Notes under the pieces: model-generated
What the model was told of the DNA's origin: nothing
The model's database searches: none
Seen by the model: only the letters and a program-made list of their open reading frames with translations
Translations under genes and position numbers: made by a program
Shown here: positions 38,759-47,894 of the stretch, piece by piece
Position numbering within the stretch: position 1 is the first letter of the stretch
How the letters are laid out: every line of letters begins with the position of its first letter
Assembly (NCBI GenBank): GCA_964490375.1
Contig: CAZBAZ010000001.1
Coordinates: 18,690 to 75,438, forward strand
DNA: 56,749 nt
DNA from: an uncultured Clostridium sp.
GTDB lineage: Bacteria > Bacillota_I > Bacilli_A > RF39 > UBA660
Direction: 5' to 3'

Positions 38759-38871
38759 AATTCTTTGCAGGATTGGCAGCTACTATCGGTGCTTTCATCG
38801 CAGCTACTGCTTCAATGGGATGCATTTTATTACTTTTAGATGAACCAGAAATGCCTTCTTCATTATTATAA
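38755..38871 (+). CDS. agrD: AgrD autoinducing peptide precursor, 38 aa (MKFFAGLAATIGAFIAATASMGCILLLLDEPEMPSSLL)
   Basis: Strong AAGGAGG RBS; ATGA overlap with the agrB stop; amphipathic leader, Cys, then DEPEMP tail. Below the ORF-track length cutoff. Confidence 0.92.
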   Translation: MKFFAGLAATIGAFIAATASMGCILLLLDEPEMPSSLL

Positions 38872-38897
38872 TTTAAATTATAATTTTCAAGTATAAT

Positions 38898-38926
38898 AAA
38901 ACTAATTGAACAAATCAATTAGTTTT
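38898..38926. terminator. Bidirectional terminator between agrBD and agrAC
   Basis: aaaactaattga-acaaa-tcaattagtttt; the agrC stop lies in one arm. Confidence 0.75.
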
Positions 38927-40214
38927 GTTTTACTATAATTTTTGAATTAAATATTTGATTCTCTATTTTCTGTTCTAATATTAAATTATTACTTGTTTTT
39001 AAGAGATTTTTTATAATATATAAACCTAAACCTCTTCCTTTTCCTTTTGTAGAATAATTTTTAGTACCAATTTTTCTAATATCAACTTGTTTACTAAATG
39101 AATTATCAATCATTATGATTATATTCTCATTTTCTTTATAAATGTCTATATTTAACATTTTTTCTTTACTATTATCTGCAGCCTCAATAGCATTATCTAA
39201 TGTTATTCCAACTGTTTTACAAAGTAATGCATATTCTTTATGATTTAGTTTTTCTAAATTTAATGATATTTGTTTTGAAATGTTTATATTTACTTTTATT
39301 TTTTTCTTTTGAACTTCTTCTAATTTATAGTAAACCATACCTTTTAATCCAGTTGGCAATTTACTAATATTTTTAATTCCCATACCCTTTTTATCATAAA
39401 TTCTTATTAAATCGTCAAGAGTATCATTAAATTCTTTTGAGTTTTTATTTTTTATACTTTTTAATATTAACAAATTATTTAACATTTCATGTCTATTTAT
39501 TCTATCTTCATCTATTTTATTTTCATAAGTTGAAATAAAGTTTAACAATGTTTCTGTTTTTTTAACTTCTTTTAAAGATTTTATGTTGTTGTAAATTCCA
39601 TATCCAATTATAAGTGTAAAACATATAATAATTAAAATATTGGTAAAATAAATTTTTTTGTTTCCATTTATAACCATTTTGTAATCTAATAATGCAAATA
39701 CAATTAATATTATAATTGATACAATTAATGTTGTATTATTTTTCCCTATAAATGAGTTGATTTTAGCTGATAGTCTTTGTATCTTTTTTCTTCCAGTAAT
39801 GTAAAACAAAATTAAAACATTTATTAACGAATATATAATTTTTAATAACATATTTTCATCAAAAAAGCTTAAGTTTGTTATATGCAAAATCACAAGTATA
39901 AATGAAGTAGCCAATTCAAATAAAAGCATTATTATAAAACACATAATTGTGTTTATAGTAACTTTTGGAAGTTTATCATTAAAGACAATTAATGCACTAA
40001 TCATAAGAACTAACATATTTAAAACAATTCTTGATACACTTCCGTTGTTATAAAAAACTATTGATATTATTATTCCTGAAAGTATTGATACTATGATTAT
40101 CTTTTTGCTTATAACTATCTTATTGTTTCCACTTAATCTATTATAAGAAAGTAATTGTATATAGGAACTAAATATAGCTAATAGACCAATTATGGCATAA
40201 TTAAAAGCATTCAT
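38919..40214 (-). CDS. agrC: AgrC-type sensor histidine kinase
   Basis: Multi-TM N-terminus; RHEMLNNL H-box; LDNAIEAA; YSTKGKGRGLGL. Confidence 0.9.
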   Translation of the reverse strand: MNAFNYAIIGLLAIFSSYIQLLSYNRLSGNNKIVISKKIIIVSILSGIIISIVFYNNGSVSRIVLNMLVLMISALIVFNDKLPKVTINTIMCFIIMLLFELATSFILVILHITNLSFFDENMLLKIIYSLINVLILFYITGRKKIQRLSAKINSFIGKNNTTLIVSIIILIVFALLDYKMVINGNKKIYFTNILIIICFTLIIGYGIYNNIKSLKEVKKTETLLNFISTYENKIDEDRINRHEMLNNLLILKSIKNKNSKEFNDTLDDLIRIYDKKGMGIKNISKLPTGLKGMVYYKLEEVQKKKIKVNINISKQISLNLEKLNHKEYALLCKTVGITLDNAIEAADNSKEKMLNIDIYKENENIIIMIDNSFSKQVDIRKIGTKNYSTKGKGRGLGLYIIKNLLKTSNNLILEQKIENQIFNSKIIVKQN

Positions 40215-40917
40215 ATGTATCTATCTCCTTCTTGTGACTTTTTGATACTAGATACCCGCTGGAACCATCTTTAAAATAAACCATGTAACTATTCCAATCT
40301 ATTTTTCTAACATTCTTTAAATTGATTAGGGTTCCTTTAGAAGAAGGAATAAAATATGTTGGTAATTCTTCTTTAATAATATTTATTGAAATATTTTGAA
40401 AATATTCATTATCTTTAGTAACTATTTTAGTTCTTCTATCATCTCTTTGAATAAAGTTTATATGACTTAAAGGAATTGTATAATCTATACTTTTATAAGT
40501 ATATCTATAAACTTTGTCCTTATTTAACATTCTTAAACAAATATCTATATTTTCTGATAAGTTATTTTTAACATCTTCACATTTTCCAATAAAGTCTAAT
40601 ATTTGAAGTCTTTGCTTATAAACTTCATAATAAAGTGAACTATGAGCAGTTAAAATAATTATAGGATTAATCCAATTATTAGTATCATTTCTTATCATTC
40701 TAGCTATATCTATTCCATCACCATTTGGAAGCTCTAAATCTAAAATATAAATACAATCTTCTTTATTTAATTTAATAAACTTTAATAACTCTTGGGTATA
40801 ATCTGAAAATTGATATACTTTAAAGTCTATTTTATTATTCATCATTTTTCTTACTATGATATTATTCACTTTTTTCCTATGATTGTCATTGTCGTCAACT
40901 AAAATAAAATTTATCAT
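40201..40917 (-). CDS. agrA: AgrA-type LytTR response regulator
   Basis: LVDD, ILDLELPNGDG, IIILTAH and a C-terminal LytTR-like domain; overlaps agrC. Confidence 0.9.
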   Translation of the reverse strand: MINFILVDDNDNHRKKVNNIIVRKMMNNKIDFKVYQFSDYTQELLKFIKLNKEDCIYILDLELPNGDGIDIARMIRNDTNNWINPIIILTAHSSLYYEVYKQRLQILDFIGKCEDVKNNLSENIDICLRMLNKDKVYRYTYKSIDYTIPLSHINFIQRDDRRTKIVTKDNEYFQNISINIIKEELPTYFIPSSKGTLINLKNVRKIDWNSYMVYFKDGSSGYLVSKSHKKEIDTYECF

Positions 40918-40994
40918 TTTAAAAGGCTCCTTAATAATATTACCTACCTATTAATGATAACATAAAATATGCTTTATTACAAATATATATAATG

Positions 40995-41016
40995 AAAAAA
41001 GACAACGTCTGTTGCC
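40995..41016 (-). terminator. Probable terminator after the spoIIQ-like gene
   Basis: Minus strand reads ggcaac-agac-gttgtc-tttttt. Confidence 0.55.
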
Positions 41017-41645
41017 TAATTTAAATCACTTACTTTTAGTGTATACATTTCTTCTGGATCAATAGTATTACCATTATAATATACTTCAAAATGTAGTGTT
41101 GACTTTTTAGAATCATCTAACTTTGATGTATCACTAGTAGCTATAATTTCTCCTTGTGATGTTTTATATCCAACATTAACAAGAACATCTTTTACATTAC
41201 TATAAACAGTATTTAAATTATCATTATGTTTTATAGTTATTATTTTACCATAAATATCATTTTCTTCTATTGATATTATCTCTCCATCTAAAACTGAGAC
41301 TACTTCAAAATCTTCATCGCTTATATAGTCTACTCCATTATTTTGCATATAAGTATTTTCATAATATAATAATGAATCTTCTTGTTTTTTTGACTCTTCT
41401 TCGTAATCATAAAAGTATTTACCAACTTTAACTTTTTCTGATATGAATGGTTTAACTATAATATTACTTTCTATTTTAGTAACAGGTAATATTTCTCCTT
41501 CAAATACATTATCTAGTGTAAACTTATTATTACTATCTGATATATAATTTTTAACACCAGATATAATTAATACAACACTAAATATCATTACCGCGATTAC
41601 TCCTAAATATAATGTTGGCATTAGATATTTTGAATATTTTCCCAT
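41016..41645 (-). CDS. spoIIQ: SpoIIQ-like membrane-anchored degenerate M23/LytM protein
   Basis: N-terminal TM; FYDYEEE...QE; NNGVDY; TLHFEV..NG..IDP; immediately downstream of spoIID as in Bacillus. Confidence 0.75.
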   Translation of the reverse strand: MGKYSKYLMPTLYLGVIAVMIFSVVLIISGVKNYISDSNNKFTLDNVFEGEILPVTKIESNIIVKPFISEKVKVGKYFYDYEEESKKQEDSLLYYENTYMQNNGVDYISDEDFEVVSVLDGEIISIEENDIYGKIITIKHNDNLNTVYSNVKDVLVNVGYKTSQGEIIATSDTSKLDDSKKSTLHFEVYYNGNTIDPEEMYTLKVSDLN

Positions 41646-41682
41646 AATTCACTCTCCTAATAATAGAGTGAACATTTTTAAA

Positions 41683-42606
41683 TTAATTATTCACTATTTT
41701 TATTCCTGTATAATAATATTTTAATATATCTTCATATTTATAACCTTTTTTGGCCATAACATTACTTCCTAATTGACTCATTCCTACTCCATGACCATAG
41801 CCTTTTGTTTTAATATAAACATTTTTTGAATCGTTAGTAATTTCTATATCTGTTGATTTTAAGCCTAATAATTGTCTAAATTTTGTTCCTTTAAACTTTT
41901 TAGAGTTAATTGTTATATAATTTATTCTTCCTGTCGCACTTCTTTCTATTTTTATATTGTTGATAGTTTGTTCAGAAATATTTAGTTTACTTAAGAATGT
42001 GCTGATATCTATTGTTTTAGTTGACATTTTATATTCATATTCTTTATCCCATGATGAGTCTACACTAACTAAATAATCTAATTTTTGAGTGAAAACATCT
42101 TCACAATTTTCTGTATAACCATTTGAAATAGAGAAATAAAATGCTATTATGACTTTATCTTTATATGTCATGTACTCTCCTTTTGTAGCTTCTACAGCAT
42201 CTTTTATTTTATTATAATTTTTATCATAGTTTGTTTTCCATTTCTTTTTCATATCTTCTATTGAATTATAGCATTGATCACTAGTATCTGTTTTTAAGAC
42301 ATAATTTTTGTTTGTTTCTATTTTATAAAGAGCAAATGTTCTAGCAGCTACTGACATGGCTTTTAGGGCTTCTTCTTCAAATGATATAGGAACTTCACAT
42401 GAAACCACACCAATAACATAATCTTCTAAATCCATGCTTATTTTATTATCGTTATACAATAAACTCACTGTTTTTGATTGATTTGATTCTTCTTTTATTT
42501 CTTCAACTATATTATCATGTTTTTCTATGATTATACTTTCTTTTTGTGGATAACTAGTTAATAAAAGTATTAAGCAAATAAAAAATACTATGACTTTTCT
42601 TTTCAT
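41683..42606 (-). CDS. spoIID: Stage II sporulation protein D (lytic transglycosylase)
   Basis: YVIGVVSCEVP.SF.EEALKA..VAARTF; DQCY; GHGVGMSQ; ILKYYY.G. Confidence 0.92.
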   Translation of the reverse strand: MKRKVIVFFICLILLLTSYPQKESIIIEKHDNIVEEIKEESNQSKTVSLLYNDNKISMDLEDYVIGVVSCEVPISFEEEALKAMSVAARTFALYKIETNKNYVLKTDTSDQCYNSIEDMKKKWKTNYDKNYNKIKDAVEATKGEYMTYKDKVIIAFYFSISNGYTENCEDVFTQKLDYLVSVDSSWDKEYEYKMSTKTIDISTFLSKLNISEQTINNIKIERSATGRINYITINSKKFKGTKFRQLLGLKSTDIEITNDSKNVYIKTKGYGHGVGMSQLGSNVMAKKGYKYEDILKYYYTGIKIVNN

Positions 42607-42637
42607 AGTATAATTATATGTCTAATAAATGAAATTA

Positions 42638-43066
42638 TTACTTTAAATTCATTATTTTATCTACTCTTCTTTGATATCTTTCTTCAGTAGATGGCTTTGT
42701 GTTAATAAATTCGTCTAAGATTTCTTCTAAATTTTCGGTGTATTCTGCTAGAGTCATAACATTTGCTTTATTATGTTCTCTAATTAAATGAGCTTCTCTT
42801 GGTGTATTTACTTTTCCTGCCATTATTCCATGTATTTTATTAGCAGCAATGCTCATTCCAATTCCAGTTCCACAAACCAATATTCCTAAGTCTGCTTCTT
42901 TGTCATTTATTTTTTTGCATAGCATTTCTGCATAATCTACATAATCTACATTATTTAATTCATCACATCCCAAATTAATATATTCAATATTTTTATTTTT
43001 TAAGTAATTAATTATTCTTGATTTCAATTCTACTCCGTGATGATCATTTGCTATTGCTATTTTCAT
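42638..43066 (-). CDS. rpiB: Ribose-5-phosphate isomerase B family
   Basis: DHHG, DYVD, CGTGIGMSIAANK, REHNKANV. Confidence 0.92.
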   Translation of the reverse strand: MKIAIANDHHGVELKSRIINYLKNKNIEYINLGCDELNNVDYVDYAEMLCKKINDKEADLGILVCGTGIGMSIAANKIHGIMAGKVNTPREAHLIREHNKANVMTLAEYTENLEEILDEFINTKPSTEERYQRRVDKIMNLK

Positions 43067-43067
43067 A

Positions 43068-43724
43068 TTATTTTCCTTTCTTTTCTTTAACTATTACTGC
43101 TTCTTTTACTTCTTCTGCTGGTACAACTATTGTTTTAGCTAAAAGGTCATGTAACCCTCTTCCATCTTCTCTAAACATTACCATACCAAATGTTACAAAG
43201 ACTATTGCCATATCAATCATTTGAATATAATTGTTTACTGTTAAATAACTTGATTTTGATAATGTTAATAAACATATAATAGAAATTAATGATGTTAATA
43301 AACTGTTTATAACTATACTTCTTAAAATTATTTGTGTTAGTTTTAACTTTTTATTATCGTTTGATTTAACTTGAATTTTTAGTAATGCCTTGCCTACTGT
43401 TTTTCCATTATTAAAATATTGAAATACTATAAAGTACAAAATACTAATAATTAGAGTTATTTCAGATGTAATTACACCTGAAGATGCAATATTGTATGTT
43501 AAATCTTTAATTTCTTCTCCATTTAGAAGTTCACTTGCGTCAAGTGTTTCATTACCACTTGTAATGTTTTGTACATAATTTCTATATTCTTCATAGTTTT
43601 GATTATATTCATCTAATTTTGGATTAATAAACTCTATACTTGCAAACATACTAGATACAAATGATATTAAAACTATATCAATAATATATGCACATATTCT
43701 TTTAAATGTTGGCTTATTTTTCAT
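43068..43724 (-). CDS. RDD family membrane protein
   Basis: KRICAYIID; GKTVGK; R; RGLHDLLAKT. Confidence 0.88.
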   Translation of the reverse strand: MKNKPTFKRICAYIIDIVLISFVSSMFASIEFINPKLDEYNQNYEEYRNYVQNITSGNETLDASELLNGEEIKDLTYNIASSGVITSEITLIISILYFIVFQYFNNGKTVGKALLKIQVKSNDNKKLKLTQIILRSIVINSLLTSLISIICLLTLSKSSYLTVNNYIQMIDMAIVFVTFGMVMFREDGRGLHDLLAKTIVVPAEEVKEAVIVKEKKGK

Positions 43725-45171
43725 CTTTCTTTACCTCCTTTGGTTTTTTATAAAATATAGATAATAATGAAGATTTCTTTTTTATTATACCACTATTTTT
43801 ATATAATCTATTACAATTCCATATTAAAGTATTAGATAAATCAAATAATGATCCATCAGTAATGCTATAACTATTTAATTTTATATCTTTGTCATAAAAT
43901 ATTAAAGGTACCTTTGAATAAAAGTTTATTTTTAATAATTCTCCTTTTGCATTATACATTTCTCTTTCAAAACCATAAAGTGAAGATATAAAGAATCCTA
44001 TGCTATTTTCAGTAGTATATTTAAAAAGTATCCCTATCATTTTATCTATTTTAGACAAATTATCTTTTAATTCTTCAATTGTTTTTGATGATTCTATTTC
44101 ATAATTAATAATAAATAAATTTCTATCATATTTATTTATTGCTTCAATTAATTTAGTTTCATCATAGTTTATTCCATCATCAGTGGCTAAAAATTTTAAA
44201 TTATCATCTATTTCATTTCTTAGTCCAGTAAAATAATAATTTACATATGGACATCTTTCTTTCTTATCAAAGACTAAACAATTTACACTTGCTTCTTTTA
44301 ATGAATTTAAGAAACATGTTGATGATACTGCATATGTATACATATATGGTACTTGTTCAGTTGTAGTTATAGGGAAAAGTGAATAATATTTAATAGTATC
44401 TAAATCAATCTCTCTATATCTTTGTAAAGACAATTCTCTTTTAAATGATGTTAAATCTATGCTTGAATAATTAAACAATAAAATTTGATCATTATTTGAT
44501 AACATATATCCAGTATTAACTGCAAATGGTCTTGCATCTTCTGGTTTTGTTTTAGTTTGAATTAAAACTTTTACTTTCTTTTCTAAATCTTTCCATTTTT
44601 CACCAGTTTCTGTTACAAATAACTTTATAAATTCTTTTAGAGGCATTCCTTCTTTAATTTTATTATTTCCGGAAACAATACCTAATTTAACTTTATTTCC
44701 TAATTCATAACTAAATGCTGAAAGTCCTCTTTCTACATCTTTATAGTCATTTAATGATTGTTGACATAACATAAGATGTAAATAAATTGTGTTATTTGAT
44801 AAAGACTGTAATTCTGTTAGATATGCTTTTAATTGTTCAACTATCCTTATTGAGTCAAAATAACAAAATATATGTATTTTCGAGTTAAATTTATTTGACT
44901 CGTTTGCTATATATTTTAATACTTGATTGTTTTTATAGTTTTTTGATGATACTTCATTTTCAATTAAACTATATGTTAGTGGTTCTGATATTCCAATACT
45001 AAAATTTCTATATCCACTTTTATAATCTAAATAATTATTTTGTATTGTCTTAAATACCCCATCCGTTGTTAGTTTATCTAAATTAGGCATTACTTCTTTT
45101 GAATAAACATTATACGAATCAGCTTGTTCAATTCCAAAACCATTTATAAGTAATAATATATTTTTTTTCAT
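43714..45171 (-). CDS. Degenerate iPGM-fold protein (probable pseudoenzyme)
   Basis: Colinear with GpmI (ILLLINGFG..MPNLDKL; FNY; KVPLIF; GSLFDLSNT) but lacks the Asp/Ser/His/Arg catalytic motifs. Confidence 0.65.
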   Translation of the reverse strand: MKKNILLLINGFGIEQADSYNVYSKEVMPNLDKLTTDGVFKTIQNNYLDYKSGYRNFSIGISEPLTYSLIENEVSSKNYKNNQVLKYIANESNKFNSKIHIFCYFDSIRIVEQLKAYLTELQSLSNNTIYLHLMLCQQSLNDYKDVERGLSAFSYELGNKVKLGIVSGNNKIKEGMPLKEFIKLFVTETGEKWKDLEKKVKVLIQTKTKPEDARPFAVNTGYMLSNNDQILLFNYSSIDLTSFKRELSLQRYREIDLDTIKYYSLFPITTTEQVPYMYTYAVSSTCFLNSLKEASVNCLVFDKKERCPYVNYYFTGLRNEIDDNLKFLATDDGINYDETKLIEAINKYDRNLFIINYEIESSKTIEELKDNLSKIDKMIGILFKYTTENSIGFFISSLYGFEREMYNAKGELLKINFYSKVPLIFYDKDIKLNSYSITDGSLFDLSNTLIWNCNRLYKNSGIIKKKSSLLSIFYKKPKEVKKDEK

Positions 45172-45182
45172 ATTTTACTCCT

Positions 45183-47825
45183 TTAGTTTTTATCTCTTTT
45201 TACTTTTTTGTATAATTCCATAACTAATAGTACTGGAAGTGCTGCGATAAATAATAATATTAATCTACCTACAGGAATACTATATGTTTGTAATATATTT
45301 GAAAATATTGGTACTTCCATAACTATAAATTGTAATATTATTGAGCCAACAATTGTTATTAATACAAATGGATTCTTTTTAAATCCATTTTTAAATACGC
45401 TTTTACTTTCACTTCTACAGTTAATAACATGAACATTTTGAATAAATACCATTAAAGCTAAAACATATCCTCTTGCATGATTAACTTCCATTCCAATTAC
45501 ATTTATTAGTATATACCATACTCCAAATACTATAATTCCTATCCATAATCCTGATATTAATATTTGTTTTGCCATTTCTTTTTCAAATAGACTTTCTGTA
45601 GTTTTACGAGGCTTTTCTTTCATTATAGTATCAGTTTCTCTTTCAAATGATAATGCCATATCTTGTAATCCATCTGTTACTAAATTTAACCATAATAATT
45701 GAATTGCAATTAATGGTATAGGCATATTGAATGCTATTGCTAAGACAAAGAATAATACTTCAGCTAGTCCACATGATAATAACATTATTGAAATTTTTCT
45801 TATGTTTGAGTAAGCGTTTCTTCCTTCTTCTATTCCTGCTACTATTGATGAGAAATTATCATCTATAATAATCATTTTTGCAGTTTCTTTAGCTACATCT
45901 GTTCCGCTACCCATTGCAACTCCAATATTAGCTGCTTTAATTGCAGGAGCATCATTTACTCCATCACCTGTTACGGCTACAAATTCTCCTTGTCTTTGTA
46001 ATGATTCTACAATTTTTAATTTTTGAATAGGTGTTACTCTTGCAAAGACCTTTTTATCTTTGATAAATTCATCAAATTTGTCATTATCTTCTATATAAAA
46101 ATCCAAATCACTGCCTGTTGTTACTTCTTCTTTAGTTTCAATTAATCTTAAATCTTTTGCTATTGCGCATGCAGTAAGAGCATGGTCTCCTGTAATCATA
46201 ATAACTTTGATACCTGCTGTTTTACATTCTTTAATTGAAGCTGCAGCCTCTTTTCTTACAGGATCTATAAATCCAACTAATCCTATAAAATTTAAATCTT
46301 TAATATCACTTTCTTTATATGATTCTTGATTATCTACTTCTGCATTACATAAAGCAATAACTCTATATCCTGCACTAGCTAATTCTTCATTTTGTTTTAA
46401 TATTTTCTCTTTATCTAATTGACACTTTTTATTATTTACAAATGAATGTGAACAGAAATCTAATATTACTTCTATAGATCCTTTTGCAGTACAATAGATT
46501 TTATCATTCTTTTTATAAAATACTGCACTATATTTTTTTTCTGATTCATATGGAATTTCATATATTTCTTTATACTCTTCATCATATGTTCCTAGTTTTC
46601 TTGATAATGCTAGAAATGCTATATCTATAGAATCACCAAATTTTTCCCATTTTCCTTTACTTTTTTCTAATAGTGCTTCATTATTTATTCTTCCTAATAA
46701 TGATATGAATTTAGCATTTTCTATATTTGATTCATTTATTTCTATTACTTTTCCATCATCATTATAACCATTACCTTCTATTTCAAATTTTTCTTCATTA
46801 GGTAATAAAATTACTTTTGCTGTTTGCTCATTAACTGTAAGTGTTCCTGTTTTGTCACTTGCAATTACTGTACAGCTTCCTAAACTTTCAACAGAGTTAA
46901 GTTTCTTAACGATTACTTTTCTTTTGCTCATTTTATTTGAACCAATTGTTAAGGCCATTGTTAGAGCAAGAGGTAAACCTTCTGGCATAGCAGATACTGC
47001 TAATGCTACTACTGATAAGAATATTTCCATTGCATCATATTTTTTATAATATAGAACTACTGCAATAATTATTGCTATTACTATAATAATCATAGTAATT
47101 TGCTTTGAAAATTTTTCCATTCTTATAGTTAATGGTGATTTACTTTCTTCTGTTGTTGCTACTTTTTCTGCTATTTTACCAATTTCTGTATTAAGTCCTG
47201 TAGCAAATACAACTGCTAATGCTCTTCCTGTTAATGCAGATGTCCCAGCATATAATATAGAACTTCTGTTTTCTTCATCTAATTTAGATTTTTCACTATT
47301 TTTTACAACTCCAACGCTTTCTCCAGTTAGAATTGATTCATCTATGGTTAAATTATTTGAATTTATCACTCTTGCATCTGCTGCAATTTTAGTACCAGAT
47401 TCAATAACTATTATATCTCCTGGTACTACATCACTAGAATCTATTTCTAAATGTCTATTGTCTCTAATGACTTTTACTTTTACCTTTATCAAATTTTTTA
47501 ATGCTTCTGAATTTTTTTCAGCTTTAATTTCTTGAATGGTTGAAACTATAGCATCTACCATTATAATAAATATTATTGCTAATGCATCAACTACTTCTCC
47601 TACTATAAATGATAATATAGTTGCAACTATTAAAACATATATTATAGGGTCATTTATAGATTCTAAAAATATTTGAAATATATTTTTTTGCTTTTCCTTT
47701 GGTAACTCATTTAAACCATATTTTTTTATTCTTCTTTTAGCTTCTGATGAACTAAGACCACCAATAGTTGTTTTTAATTTTTTCATTGTTTCATCTTTAG
47801 TTAAAAATTCATATGAATCTTTCAT
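45183..47825 (-). CDS. P-type ATPase, type II (Ca2+-transporting-like)
   Basis: LTGES, PEGLP, DKTGT, KGS, TGD, GDGVND. Start taken at MKDSYE (47825). Confidence 0.93.
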   Translation of the reverse strand: MKDSYEFLTKDETMKKLKTTIGGLSSSEAKRRIKKYGLNELPKEKQKNIFQIFLESINDPIIYVLIVATILSFIVGEVVDALAIIFIIMVDAIVSTIQEIKAEKNSEALKNLIKVKVKVIRDNRHLEIDSSDVVPGDIIVIESGTKIAADARVINSNNLTIDESILTGESVGVVKNSEKSKLDEENRSSILYAGTSALTGRALAVVFATGLNTEIGKIAEKVATTEESKSPLTIRMEKFSKQITMIIIVIAIIIAVVLYYKKYDAMEIFLSVVALAVSAMPEGLPLALTMALTIGSNKMSKRKVIVKKLNSVESLGSCTVIASDKTGTLTVNEQTAKVILLPNEEKFEIEGNGYNDDGKVIEINESNIENAKFISLLGRINNEALLEKSKGKWEKFGDSIDIAFLALSRKLGTYDEEYKEIYEIPYESEKKYSAVFYKKNDKIYCTAKGSIEVILDFCSHSFVNNKKCQLDKEKILKQNEELASAGYRVIALCNAEVDNQESYKESDIKDLNFIGLVGFIDPVRKEAAASIKECKTAGIKVIMITGDHALTACAIAKDLRLIETKEEVTTGSDLDFYIEDNDKFDEFIKDKKVFARVTPIQKLKIVESLQRQGEFVAVTGDGVNDAPAIKAANIGVAMGSGTDVAKETAKMIIIDDNFSSIVAGIEEGRNAYSNIRKISIMLLSCGLAEVLFFVLAIAFNMPIPLIAIQLLWLNLVTDGLQDMALSFERETDTIMKEKPRKTTESLFEKEMAKQILISGLWIGIIVFGVWYILINVIGMEVNHARGYVLALMVFIQNVHVINCRSESKSVFKNGFKKNPFVLITIVGSIILQFIVMEVPIFSNILQTYSIPVGRLILLFIAALPVLLVMELYKKVKRDKN

Positions 47826-47894
47826 ATATACACATCCTATCTTATATAATATTATAATAAATAAGAGAATGTTTTTCAATAATAAAAGAGCAAG

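Noticed and set aside
38694-38918. 74-aa minus-strand ORF
   Set aside because: Antisense to agrD and the agrB end; agrD has the strong RBS and the expected motif.
41645-41700. Sigma-F promoter upstream of the spoIIQ-like gene
   Set aside because: Only a weak partial match in very AT-rich sequence; not supportable.
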